Positions 45,433 to 54,236 of a DNA stretch of 64,000 nucleotides are shown here, piece after piece. How positions within the stretch are numbered: the first letter of the stretch is position 1; the number at the start of each line of letters is the position of its first letter. Where the stretch lies: the NCBI GenBank assembly GCA_964557575.1, contig CAZLBC010000013.1, positions 5,758-69,757 of the forward strand. The letters are read 5' to 3'. Position numbers and translations under genes: made by a program. The DNA comes from an uncultured Planctomycetaceae bacterium. Lineage in GTDB: Bacteria; Planctomycetota; Phycisphaerae; SM23-33. The notes beneath the pieces were generated by a model. It had not been told where the DNA came from. It did not search any database and saw only the letters and a program-made list of their open reading frames with translations.

Positions 45433-47075
45433 CGACATACAGTATCGGCCTGGAATACGGCGAAGACACCGCGCGCGCCGTGCTGATCGACCTCGCAAAC
45501 GGCACGCGGGCGGCATCATTCGACCTTAATTTCGAACACCGGGAAGCAGCCGCCGACCTGCCGGCCGCGCGCAGGAAGCCTTCGGATTATCTTTCCGCAA
45601 CCGGTGAACTGGTAACCGGTCTCCTCGCGGAAGCCGCCAACGTCGAGAAAACATTCTCCCCCGGACAGGTTGTGGCACTCGGCATGGCGGCGCCGGGCAG
45701 CGCCCCGCTGCCGCTCGACCGGGCCGGCCGCCCCCTCGCGGACACCGAACGATTCGAAAGTGATCCCGACGCGATGGTCCGCCTCCCCGGTGACAATGCC
45801 GCCGCCGCCGAAGCCGCCGAAATAACGCAACGGGCAAGGGGCATGCGGCCCCATTATCTCTCATCGAGGAGCGATACGTACTTTGCCGGAGATCTGCTGA
45901 GCAAGCTGCTTCACTGCGCGAGAAACAACACCCGGGTGTTCAACGCTGCGGCTTTCTGGGTCGAGTTGTCCGACTGGATCCCGGCGGTCCTGGCGGGGAT
46001 AACCGACCCGAACACGATTCCCCTGAACACAACGTGCGCAGGTTTCAAGGGGCTCTTTTCCCCCGCCTGGGGCGGGTGGCCCGACGAACAGTTCATGCGC
46101 CGCCTTGATCCGGCACTCGCCGAAATCCACCTGCCCGGGACGCTCGCGCCCCCCGGCACGGCGATCGGAACCTTGTGCGCCGAATGGGGGGCCGCTACGG
46201 GACTGCCGGAGGGGATCGCTGTTGCCGCGGGCGGCCTGCTGCATCACCATGCGGCGGTCGGGTGCGGTATCACACCCGGTTCGCCGGTGAAGTACCTGGC
46301 CCGACAGTGCACCGACCTGGCGGTGATTCCCTCGGATTCCCCGACCCCTGACATCAGAGGCGTCGTGGGAACGGTCCGCGACGGTATCGTTACCGGGCTT
46401 ACGGGTATCCAGACAATGGGGGCAGCGGCGGGGTCAATTGTCGAGTGGTTCCGCTCTATCGTCGCCTCCGGAGATACCACCCCGGAAAAGCTCGTCGAAG
46501 ACGCGGTCGCCCTGCCGGCCGGTGCCGCGGGCCTGGTTTCCCTCGATTGGCACGCCGGCACCTTGACGCCCTTTTTCGACGGGGAACTCGCCGGACTCAC
46601 CGTTGGCCAGACGTTGCAAAGCGGTGCCGAGGATTTTGTCCGGAGTCTGCTTGAATCGCCCGCGTACGCAACCAGGGCGCTCGTGGAAAACCTGGCGAAG
46701 TACGGGATCGATACCGACGTGATTACGGTCACCGGGCCGTTCATCCTTCAATTTCCCTCGATCACGCAGCTCTACGCCGACATAACGGGCATCCCGGCAC
46801 GAGCGGTCCTGTCGCCGCACACGGCCGCCCTCGGCGCTGCGGTATCGGCCGCCGCGGCCGGCGGCGCGTTCGATGCCATGATCGACGCGATCAAAACACT
46901 GGCGGAAACCGGTGACATCCTCCAGCCGAATCGTGCCGACGGACCGATGTACGACCGGCTGTTTCGACTGTATCGACAGCTGGCGGATGCGTTCGGGACC
47001 TCTTCGTGGAGCGGTAACTGCAACAACATCATGCGGGAACTGGCCGCGATACGACACCAATGCTCCGCCGATTGA
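45429..47075 (+). CDS. araB: FGGY-family ribulokinase (AraB-like)
   Basis: Collinear with E. coli AraB from memory: SIGLEYGEDTARAVLID vs AIGLDFGSDSVRALAVD; DPDAMVRLPGDNAAAAEAAEIT; FWVELSDWIPAVLAG; GTLCAEWGAATGLPEGIAV; 548 aa. Confidence 0.75.
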   Translation: MTTYSIGLEYGEDTARAVLIDLANGTRAASFDLNFEHREAAADLPAARRKPSDYLSATGELVTGLLAEAANVEKTFSPGQVVALGMAAPGSAPLPLDRAGRPLADTERFESDPDAMVRLPGDNAAAAEAAEITQRARGMRPHYLSSRSDTYFAGDLLSKLLHCARNNTRVFNAAAFWVELSDWIPAVLAGITDPNTIPLNTTCAGFKGLFSPAWGGWPDEQFMRRLDPALAEIHLPGTLAPPGTAIGTLCAEWGAATGLPEGIAVAAGGLLHHHAAVGCGITPGSPVKYLARQCTDLAVIPSDSPTPDIRGVVGTVRDGIVTGLTGIQTMGAAAGSIVEWFRSIVASGDTTPEKLVEDAVALPAGAAGLVSLDWHAGTLTPFFDGELAGLTVGQTLQSGAEDFVRSLLESPAYATRALVENLAKYGIDTDVITVTGPFILQFPSITQLYADITGIPARAVLSPHTAALGAAVSAAAAGGAFDAMIDAIKTLAETGDILQPNRADGPMYDRLFRLYRQLADAFGTSSWSGNCNNIMRELAAIRHQCSAD

Positions 47076-47088
47076 AACAATACACCCC

Positions 47089-48537
47089 ATGCGACTATCG
47101 ATACGATCACGGGTGGTACTCGCGGTGAGCCTGGCAACCCTGGCAACCGCGGTTCTCGTCGGCTGGATCGGCGTGGAGATCACCGGGGATACGATAGAAA
47201 AACGGTTGACCGTGGACATGACGCGTAATGCCTCGCGGATGATGGCCAAGCTCAACCTGTCTCCCGGCGACGGGGTCATGGAACACCTCAGCGGCATATT
47301 CGGCGCGCAAACCGCGACGATGTCCCCCGGCGGCAGGCGCCTGCTCGGATCCAGCCTGCCCGACAATCTGAGAGACCGATGCGCGGCCCTGCTTGTCGAA
47401 TTCCCCGACGCGAAATACATGACGATGGGGGGCACGTCGTACCGGCTCGGATCTATCCGGATTCCCTACGACCGGCCGTCACCCGGGCGGCCGCGCAATG
47501 TCCGGCTGTACCTGCTGCTCCCCGCCGCGGAAGTCCGCGCCGCACGAGACACCGCGACGCGCCGCATCGTCATAGCGATGCTGCCCGCCGTCATCGCCGC
47601 CGTCGCACTGGCCGCGATCCTCTCGCTGACGGTCACGCTGCCGATCACCCGGCTTTCCCGGCGGGCGCAGGAACTGAGCCGCGATATTTCGAAGAAATAC
47701 GATGATGAACAACCGGAACAATCCGGCACCGTCACCCCGTTCTCGTCGGGAGGAGGGCCGGTTGAAGTGGTGAGGCTGTCGGCATCTCTCGACCACCTGC
47801 TGGCCGATCTGAAAACGGCCAACCGGCAATTGATGGCAACCAGAAGGATGGCCGATCTGGGCCGGCTTGCCGCATCGGCCGCGCACGAACTGAGGAACCC
47901 GCTCAGCGGCATCAAGATGAACGCCCGCGTGCTGCGCGACCGGATCGGCGGCGAACCCGAATGCCTGGAACTGATGGACATCATTTTCGGAGAGATCGAG
48001 CGGATGGATCTCTATCTTCGCGAGCTGATGCTGCTGGCCAGAAACGCCTCAACCCCCGAACGCCGGCTTTTCAAGCCGGGCAAAAGGGAATCGTCAAGCC
48101 TGCCGGATATCGCGAAGGACGCCGTTCGCCTGCTCCGGGGACGGTTCGAACACGCGGGGGTGACGGTGGAAACGGATGTCAGGCCCGGCATATCACGCGT
48201 TTTCGTCGACCCGATACAGGTCAGGCAGGTCGTCATAAACCTGATGATCAACGCGATGGAGGCCGGCGGCGCCGGGGGGCGCATTTCCCTTTCGATACAC
48301 CCGGGGGACAACGGCGGCACGACAATCACCATCGCCGACAACGGCGGCGGCGTACGAGTTTCGCACGGCGCGGACATATTCGACCCCTTCGTCTCGACCA
48401 AGTCGGAAGGCGCCGGGCTGGGGCTGCACATATGCAATATGATAGCCGAGGGCCACGGAGGGACCATCGGATACAGAAACACCGCCGCCGGGGCCGAATT
48501 CCACTTCACCCTTCCCCCCGCGGCCGTTGAATCATAA
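47089..48537 (+). CDS. Sensor histidine kinase (periplasmic sensor, HisKA + HATPase_c)
   Basis: Start set at MRLSIRSRVVLAVSL (the track ORF begins 59 codons upstream inside araB). H-box AASAAHELRNPLSGIK; N/G boxes ...VINLMINAMEAG...ITIADNGGG...GAGLGL. Confidence 0.8.
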   Translation: MRLSIRSRVVLAVSLATLATAVLVGWIGVEITGDTIEKRLTVDMTRNASRMMAKLNLSPGDGVMEHLSGIFGAQTATMSPGGRRLLGSSLPDNLRDRCAALLVEFPDAKYMTMGGTSYRLGSIRIPYDRPSPGRPRNVRLYLLLPAAEVRAARDTATRRIVIAMLPAVIAAVALAAILSLTVTLPITRLSRRAQELSRDISKKYDDEQPEQSGTVTPFSSGGGPVEVVRLSASLDHLLADLKTANRQLMATRRMADLGRLAASAAHELRNPLSGIKMNARVLRDRIGGEPECLELMDIIFGEIERMDLYLRELMLLARNASTPERRLFKPGKRESSSLPDIAKDAVRLLRGRFEHAGVTVETDVRPGISRVFVDPIQVRQVVINLMINAMEAGGAGGRISLSIHPGDNGGTTITIADNGGGVRVSHGADIFDPFVSTKSEGAGLGLHICNMIAEGHGGTIGYRNTAAGAEFHFTLPPAAVES

Positions 48538-48546
48538 GATAGTGGC

Positions 48547-49953
48547 ATGGCCGACGCCGGAACACTCCTGGTTATCGACGACGAGGACGCTATCTGCGGG
48601 GCGTTCGAGAAGTTCTTCACCAACCGCGGCTGGCGCGTATTCGTGTGCGCCACCGCGACCGAGGGAGTAGAGACGTGCCGCCGGGAACAACCGGACGTCA
48701 TCTTTCTCGACATCCGCCTGCCCGACGGCTCGGGGCTCGAAAAAATCGATGCCCTGCTGGCGGAATCTCCCGGCGCGGCCGTGATCGTTATTACCGCCTA
48801 CGGATCGCTCGACACCGTCACCCGGGCCATGGACGGCAGGGCCTTCGACCACCTCGCCAAGCCGCTGGACCTCGACCACGCCGAAAGACTCGCCCAGCGG
48901 GCGATACAGAACAGGCGGAACCGCGATCGGCAACAGCGCGTCGCCGCGCCTTCATCGAACACGGCCCCTTCCCTGATCGGTTCGTCGCAGTGCATGCAGG
49001 ACGTATACAAGCGAATCGGGCTGGTGGCGCGGTCGGAATCAAGCGTGCTGATCCTCGGCGAAACCGGGACCGGGAAGGAACTGGTGGCTCGCGCCATCCA
49101 CGAGCACAGCAATCGCAGCGGCGGTCCGTTCGTTGCCGTGAACTGTGGCGGCATACCGGAAAACCTTGTCGAGAACGAGTTGTTCGGACACGAAAAAGGG
49201 GCTTTTACCGGCGCGGAATCCACGCGCAAAGGCCGCTTCGAAGCCGCGGACGGCGGAACACTGTTCCTCGACGAAGTCGGCGAACTTTCCACTGCAGCAC
49301 AGGTTAAGCTGCTCAGGGCGCTGGACCTCAAGACGATAGAACGCGTCGGCGCCGTCCTGCCGATACAACTCGACCTGAGGATCCTGGCGGCAACCAACCG
49401 GTCACTGGACGCAGACACCGCCGCGGGCCGGTTCAGGGAAGATCTCTATCACCGCCTCAACGTCATACATATAGAACTGCCTCCCCTTCGCCGCCGGCGG
49501 GAAGATATTCAGCAGCTCGCCGCAAATTTTCTCGGGCGATTCGGACACGCCGCCGGGCTGAAAGCCGAAACCCTGCAGGTCCTGCAGAAATACCGCTGGC
49601 CCGGCAACGTCCGGGAACTGGAAAACGCCATGGAACACGCGGCGATCGTCTCCGCCGGCACACCGATTCTTCCGGAGCACCTTCCCGAATCCGTCACCGC
49701 GCGCGGGCCGGCACTTCCCGGCGACGACATGACCGCCACGCTGCGGGACTACGTCCGCTCCCTGCGCGGGACCAACGAGGGAATATACAAAACCGCCGTC
49801 CGGAACCTCGAGCGGGAACTCCTGATCGAGGCGATTGACCGGGCCGGCGGAAACCGGGGAACGGCGGCCGAAATACTGGGCATACACCGCAATACGCTCC
49901 GCACGAAGCTGGGGGAACTCGGCATCGGCGAGGGGACGGCGCCCTTGAAATAA
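48547..49953 (+). CDS. Sigma54-dependent response regulator (NtrC family: REC + AAA+ + HTH)
   Basis: REC domain LLVIDDEDAI...; Walker A GETGTGKE; sigma54-interaction GAFTGA loop (HEKGAFTGA); C-terminal Fis-type HTH. Confidence 0.85.
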   Translation: MADAGTLLVIDDEDAICGAFEKFFTNRGWRVFVCATATEGVETCRREQPDVIFLDIRLPDGSGLEKIDALLAESPGAAVIVITAYGSLDTVTRAMDGRAFDHLAKPLDLDHAERLAQRAIQNRRNRDRQQRVAAPSSNTAPSLIGSSQCMQDVYKRIGLVARSESSVLILGETGTGKELVARAIHEHSNRSGGPFVAVNCGGIPENLVENELFGHEKGAFTGAESTRKGRFEAADGGTLFLDEVGELSTAAQVKLLRALDLKTIERVGAVLPIQLDLRILAATNRSLDADTAAGRFREDLYHRLNVIHIELPPLRRRREDIQQLAANFLGRFGHAAGLKAETLQVLQKYRWPGNVRELENAMEHAAIVSAGTPILPEHLPESVTARGPALPGDDMTATLRDYVRSLRGTNEGIYKTAVRNLERELLIEAIDRAGGNRGTAAEILGIHRNTLRTKLGELGIGEGTAPLK

Positions 49954-49983
49954 CCCTAAACGGCGATATACTCTTCGGCACTC

Positions 49984-50057
49984 GGGCCGTTAGCTCAGAT
50001 GGCTAGAGCGCTTCCCTTACAAGGAAGAAGTCGCTGGTTCAAGTCCGGCACGGCCCA
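49984..50057 (+). tRNA. tRNA-Val (anticodon UAC)
   Basis: GGGCCGTTAGCTCAGATGGCTAGAGCGCTTCCCTTACAAGGAAG...GGTTCAAGTCCGGCACGGCCCA; anticodon loop CTTACAA; all four stems check by hand. Confidence 0.85.
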
Positions 50058-50105
50058 TTTATCCACGGCACGCCGATCCGGGGATACTCAGTACGCGCAA
50101 AAACA

Positions 50106-50128
50106 GGGAAGCGCTCCAGGCGCTTCCC
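50106..50128. terminator. Bidirectional rho-independent terminator between tRNA-Val and the convergent RTX gene
   Basis: Perfect 9-bp stem gggaagcgc-tccag-gcgcttccc. On the minus strand it is followed by TGTTTTTG (RTX gene stop at 50166); on the plus strand by TTCCCTCCGGTTT. Confidence 0.55.
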
Positions 50129-50165
50129 TTCCCTCCGGTTTCAGTCACTGGTGTGCTATGCCCGG

Positions 50166-53003
50166 TCAGGTTGCAATAACCACCGAACCCGCCAGATCGG
50201 CGACGGAAACGCCGGCGACCCGAATGGCCTCGCCCGTTCCCATCAGGATCATCGCATCCTCGCCGACGGCCAGCAGTTCGATCTCGTCTTCGTCGTAGCC
50301 GTCGATCAGCACGCTGTCGATCCCGGCCTCGAAGTCCCGTATCAGGTCGACGCCCTCGCCGGCGTGGAACGAGAAAATGTCCTGTCCCGCGCCGCCCACG
50401 AGAATGTCGCCGGGCTGAAAACCGTTGAAAAACACGTTGAGGTTGACGGCAATTTTCGCATCGTTGAAATCGTTGTCACCGCCGCCGAGGAGATCCTCGA
50501 ACCCGATGCTGCCCGACATGAGGCTGCCGTCACCGTCCAGGTCCGCGGTGTGTTCCCGGCTGTCGGAATTACGCCACGCGGCGCCCGAGAAGAAGACCGG
50601 GGCGCCCCTGCCGCTCAGGTCCGTAACCCCCACGTTCGTCTCGATCGCGGGAACAAAATTGCCGCTGCCGTCCTCGATGAAACTGACATCCTGGCCGTCG
50701 GCGAGGGTGTTGAGACCGGCGCCGTCGGGTACGAGGAAAAATCCCACGTTGTTCGCGACACCGTCCAGAACGATTTCCGCCGTCGCGTCTACGGCCGTGT
50801 CGTGGAGGCTGGCCCAGAGGATTTCCCCGGTCTGCGGCGCGCCGCTGTCGTCGGCCAGGAAAAAGCCGAGGGAATTATCGTACCCGGCATCCGAACCGAG
50901 AAAGGTCACATCGATCTTCTCGCCGAATGAGGCGAAACCCGTGTCCACGCCGCCCTCGATCTTGTCGGTGCCGCCGCCGCCGTCGATGGTATCGAGACCG
51001 GCCGCCCCGTATATACGGTCATTGCCGGGTTCGGAAACCCTGCCGGTTGTCGTTTCGATTTCAGCCGTCACCGACCGCAGGAGGAAGTCCGAATTCGCGC
51101 CGGTGTTGCCGGCGCCGTTGTCGACCGCCCGGAGTTCCATTTGGCTGATCGCAAAACCCGCGTCGATATCAAAGGTGGCCAGCCCGTTGACCGTGCCCTC
51201 CACCAGGCCGGTGAGCTGTTCTCCGTTCGCGCCGTACGCCGTCCACTGTGCCAGTTCCATGTAGCCGCGGTCGTAGGGGCCGGCGTCGGCTGAAATCTCG
51301 GTCTCGCCGTCGAACAGGGCCGACAGCTCGATCGTCACGCGATTCGCCGGCTCGACGAAATCAATCAGGAGGATCTCGTGGGCACCGAGGTCGTTTCCGT
51401 TCATCGTGTCGATTTCACCGTCGTCGATATTGCCGGGACTGTGGACCCCGAATCCGGAATAGGCGTATTCGCCGTGCAGCGACGTATCGGCGGTGTTGGC
51501 CCCGTCGATCGTGAAACCGACGTTCTTGTAACTGAACGCGGTGGGATTGTGCGTCGCGTCGCTGGGATCGCGTTCCGCCGTCAGAACCACACCCGCCGCG
51601 ACCCAGTCGGCGAGGACCTGGTCGATATCCATGTCCCGGTCGGGGGTCGTGACGGCGATCGTTCGGACCGTCGTGATCTCCCGCCCGTCCCCGAACAGGG
51701 CGTCGTCGCCCGCGCCGCCGTACAGCACGTCGTCGCCCGCGCCGCCGACGATGATATCGTCGCCGCCGCTGGTCCAGAGAATATCGTTCCCGTCGCCGCC
51801 GCGGACCTCCACGTCGCCGTACCCCCAGCGGTCGCTCGTCAGGTCGACCACGTCGTCACCCGCGCCGGCGTCGATCAGTTCGATGTTGGCAAAGACGGGC
51901 ACGCCTGCGTGCGAGGGCGTCACGCGGTCGTCGAGGGCAATGGCCTGGTCTCCGTCACCGAGGCTGAGGATATCGTACCCGTCGCCGCCGTCGAAGATAT
52001 CCATGTTCTGTTCCTTGCCGACGATGTAGGCGATTTCGTTCGAGCCCGCGTTGTCCGGATCGCCCATGTTGATGGCGTATGCGCCCTCCCAGATGCCATC
52101 CGCCGCACCCAACTCGAGCAGGTCGTCGCCGGCGCCCGCCAGCAGCCGGTCCGCGCCCGGGCCGCCGCACAGCACATCGTTGCCGGCACCGCCGACCAGC
52201 AGGTCGTCGCCGGCCCCGCCGTGAAGATCCTCGGGCCCCTCACCGCCGAATATCAGGTCGTTGCCGGCCCCGCCGACCAGGTGAAGCATGCCGGCGCCGT
52301 CCACGTAACTGTTGCCGGCGCCTTCGTACACCAGGGAGACGTTGTCGATAAGGGCGCCGTACGTGTCGTCCATGCCGTCGCCCTGGAAGGTGACGGTGTG
52401 AACGTCGTCTGAGAGGATCAGCCTGATCTCGGCCCGCCGGTAGCCGCTGGAAACGGCGGCAAAGCTCCTGACCTCGACGCCGTCGACCAGGACGTTGAAA
52501 TCACTGGTGTCTTCGGCCGCAATATCGCCGCGCGCCCGCCCGGAGTAATCAAACGAAAGCACGTGCACGCCGAACTCGGGAATCAGCACGTCCTGTGACA
52601 CGGTGCTGTTGGTGTCCGCCTCGATCTTGTCGAGCGTGCTGCCGGCGTCGGTGTGCGAATCGAGCTCGAGGACATTGCCGTCCACGTTGGCAGGCGCGCC
52701 GCCGACGGTGCCCTTCTGAATCTCCATGATCCCGGCGTCCGCGCGCCAGGCGCCGAGAGTATGGCAGGTCAGCCAGCCCCCGCGGTCCACGACGCCGGTC
52801 GCGCCGCTCAGGTCCGAGAAACCCCCGTCGGCAATCAGGTTTTCCTGCCCCGCCCCGATATCCCCGGAAAGCAGCAGTCTCGGTTCGAGTCCTTCGAAAT
52901 GGGGAAGTCCGTTTGCACTGCAACCGTCGGTATTCATCTGATACGCTCCCGTTTCGCTTTCAAAATAGCGAATTAATAAATATATCAGGTCGTTAAACTG
53001 CAC
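50166..53003 (-). CDS. Large secreted RTX-family (hemolysin-type) calcium-binding repeat protein
   Basis: Tandem GGxGxDxL nonapeptides (GGAGNDLIFGGEGPEDLHGGAGDDLLVGGAGNDVLCGGPGADRLLAGAGDDLL...), with further blocks near the C-terminus. N-terminal LEPRLLLSG motif. Start codon is GTG (alternative ATG at MNTDG). No classical Sec signal. Confidence 0.75.
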   Translation of the reverse strand: MQFNDLIYLLIRYFESETGAYQMNTDGCSANGLPHFEGLEPRLLLSGDIGAGQENLIADGGFSDLSGATGVVDRGGWLTCHTLGAWRADAGIMEIQKGTVGGAPANVDGNVLELDSHTDAGSTLDKIEADTNSTVSQDVLIPEFGVHVLSFDYSGRARGDIAAEDTSDFNVLVDGVEVRSFAAVSSGYRRAEIRLILSDDVHTVTFQGDGMDDTYGALIDNVSLVYEGAGNSYVDGAGMLHLVGGAGNDLIFGGEGPEDLHGGAGDDLLVGGAGNDVLCGGPGADRLLAGAGDDLLELGAADGIWEGAYAINMGDPDNAGSNEIAYIVGKEQNMDIFDGGDGYDILSLGDGDQAIALDDRVTPSHAGVPVFANIELIDAGAGDDVVDLTSDRWGYGDVEVRGGDGNDILWTSGGDDIIVGGAGDDVLYGGAGDDALFGDGREITTVRTIAVTTPDRDMDIDQVLADWVAAGVVLTAERDPSDATHNPTAFSYKNVGFTIDGANTADTSLHGEYAYSGFGVHSPGNIDDGEIDTMNGNDLGAHEILLIDFVEPANRVTIELSALFDGETEISADAGPYDRGYMELAQWTAYGANGEQLTGLVEGTVNGLATFDIDAGFAISQMELRAVDNGAGNTGANSDFLLRSVTAEIETTTGRVSEPGNDRIYGAAGLDTIDGGGGTDKIEGGVDTGFASFGEKIDVTFLGSDAGYDNSLGFFLADDSGAPQTGEILWASLHDTAVDATAEIVLDGVANNVGFFLVPDGAGLNTLADGQDVSFIEDGSGNFVPAIETNVGVTDLSGRGAPVFFSGAAWRNSDSREHTADLDGDGSLMSGSIGFEDLLGGGDNDFNDAKIAVNLNVFFNGFQPGDILVGGAGQDIFSFHAGEGVDLIRDFEAGIDSVLIDGYDEDEIELLAVGEDAMILMGTGEAIRVAGVSVADLAGSVVIAT

Positions 53004-53014
53004 TACGGCCGTCT

Positions 53015-53032
53015 CCCCCCCCCAAAAAAAAA
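53015..53032 (-). repeat. Homopolymeric T9-G9 tract (C9A9 on plus strand) in the 5'UTR/RBS of the RTX gene
   Basis: Minus strand reads TTTTTTTTTGGGGGGGGGAGACGGCCGTAGTG-GTG(start); the G-run doubles as the only Shine-Dalgarno-like element. Confidence 0.8.
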
Positions 53033-53057
53033 GACGGATATGTACAACGTTTGCTTT

Positions 53058-53088
53058 ATTATATAATCACGGATTCGATAGATGTCAA
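53058..53088 (-). promoter_or_regulatory. Consensus sigma70 promoter driving the RTX gene
   Basis: Minus-strand TTGACA (53083-53088), 17-nt spacer, TATATAAT (extended -10, 53058-65), in a ~140-nt AT-rich island within a >60% GC region. Predicted TSS is ~45 nt upstream of the start codon. Confidence 0.55.
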
Positions 53089-53186
53089 CCTGCTTAAACT
53101 TTTTCCGACGAATATAGACGTTGTTTTTAACCAGTTTGCCTGGTTTTCCCTTTTTGCCAGTTCGCATATCGCCCCGAAACAGGAAA

Positions 53187-53218
53187 GCGACGGGCCGGCG
53201 ACATCGCCGGCCCGTCGC
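53187..53218. terminator. Strong GC hairpin (14-bp perfect stem) downstream of the malectin-like lipoprotein gene
   Basis: gcgacgggccggcg-acat-cgccggcccgtcgc followed by TTTC on both strands. Lies 35 nt after the stop at 53254 on the minus strand. Confidence 0.5.
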
Positions 53219-53253
53219 TTTCGAGTGATTCGATAACCGTGGAGAGCGGGGTC

Positions 53254-53784
53254 TTATTCGGGGATGATCTCGATGCCGTTGATCTCCGGGTTCTGTATAT
53301 TCGTGGTGAAACCGATGGTGAGGACACCGTCCTTCGGCTCGAGTCCCTTCAATTCCTTGATCGCCGGCTTGAATGCGCCGCCCGCCTCTTTAAACGGATC
53401 GAAATCCTTCAACACGACCTTTCCGTCGACACTGACGTCGAAGACCCGCTCGCCCGCGGCGGCGACACCGCTGAATGTCTCGGCGAAGTGCAGGCGGGCC
53501 GTGTATGTTCCGGGGGGCAGTTTGAACTTGTAAGCATCCATGCCGTAGCACTCGTTGAGGTAGACATCGGGCGCATCGGTGCCGGGAATCTCCTCGGGGC
53601 TCCTGGCGACCGTCATACCGCCGACGCATCCCCACGCGGCGTCTTTCGTCACCTCCCGGTCGGCAAGCCACGTGTTGCCGGCCTTGTCCACGTAGTCCTC
53701 CGACGCACCGCAGTTGATCCGGTAGATCGGTTCCGATGCGCATCCAACCACGCACAGGCACAAAACAGCGAGTATCTTTTTCAT
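53254..53784 (-). CDS. Lipoprotein with malectin-like carbohydrate-binding domain
   Basis: Lipoprotein signal MKKILAVLCLCVVGCAS; RINCGASEDYVDKAGNTWLADRE...YLNECYG... resembles malectin/di-glucose-binding domains; AAAGGAG Shine-Dalgarno. Confidence 0.5.
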   Translation of the reverse strand: MKKILAVLCLCVVGCASEPIYRINCGASEDYVDKAGNTWLADREVTKDAAWGCVGGMTVARSPEEIPGTDAPDVYLNECYGMDAYKFKLPPGTYTARLHFAETFSGVAAAGERVFDVSVDGKVVLKDFDPFKEAGGAFKPAIKELKGLEPKDGVLTIGFTTNIQNPEINGIEIIPE

Positions 53785-54146
53785 CGTTCCGGCTCCTTTC
53801 CTTTTTCGTTTCCGACGGGATCCGTTTCTCCCAGCATCGACCCGGTTCGCACATTATCCGTTTCTGAAATACGCGAGTCAACCACGCGGCGAAAAATTAT
53901 TAAAAGAGCATTAAGGTGGTTGCCCTATGCACATTTGCCTCGAATCACGGTTCGCGCCTCGTTTACAGTTATCCTGTTCGCTTGGTCCCCCCCTATCCGG
54001 CGAACGCACAAAGACCCGGCTCCCCATCCGGGTCACGGCCGCCCGGTTCTCCCCAAAGCCGGGTGGCCGCATTTATCTGTTGCACCGGCCAATCCCGCCG
54101 TACAATACACCGTGGTTTCCCCGTAATCAGGAACGGGTACATAGGG

Positions 54147-54183
54147 CCTGCTGAACATGTCCCTGAATTGTTCAGCAGCCCGT
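54147..54183. repeat. Hairpin made of two inverted copies (c,d) of the same motif, flanked by 9-bp direct repeats GTACATAGG
   Basis: GGCCTGCTGAACA-tgtccctgaat-TGTTCAGCAGCCC forms a 13-bp stem with one mismatch. The reverse complement of the right arm contains CTGCTGAACAATTCAGGG, identical to copy a. Perfect GTACATAGG at 54138-46 and 54184-92. Confidence 0.7.
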
Positions 54184-54236
54184 ACATAGGCTCGATTCTA
54201 CAGGCGATCGCCGTGCTTTGGACTTTACTGCTCAGC

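Noticed and set aside
51378-52412. 344-aa plus-strand ORF (and neighbours) inside the RTX gene
   Set aside because: Antisense to the tandem GGxGxD repeat region. Repeats on the sense strand explain the long open antisense frames.
50166-53003. Tandem short repeats in the RTX gene as a possible CRISPR array
   Set aside because: Repeats are 27-nt coding nonapeptide units (GGxGxDxL) with variable sequence and no spacer/repeat regularity. They are clearly protein-coding.
53239-54126. 295-aa plus-strand ORF covering the malectin-like lipoprotein gene and part of the non-coding gap
   Set aside because: The minus-strand gene has a lipoprotein signal, Shine-Dalgarno and domain-like sequence. The plus frame is R/P/G-rich.
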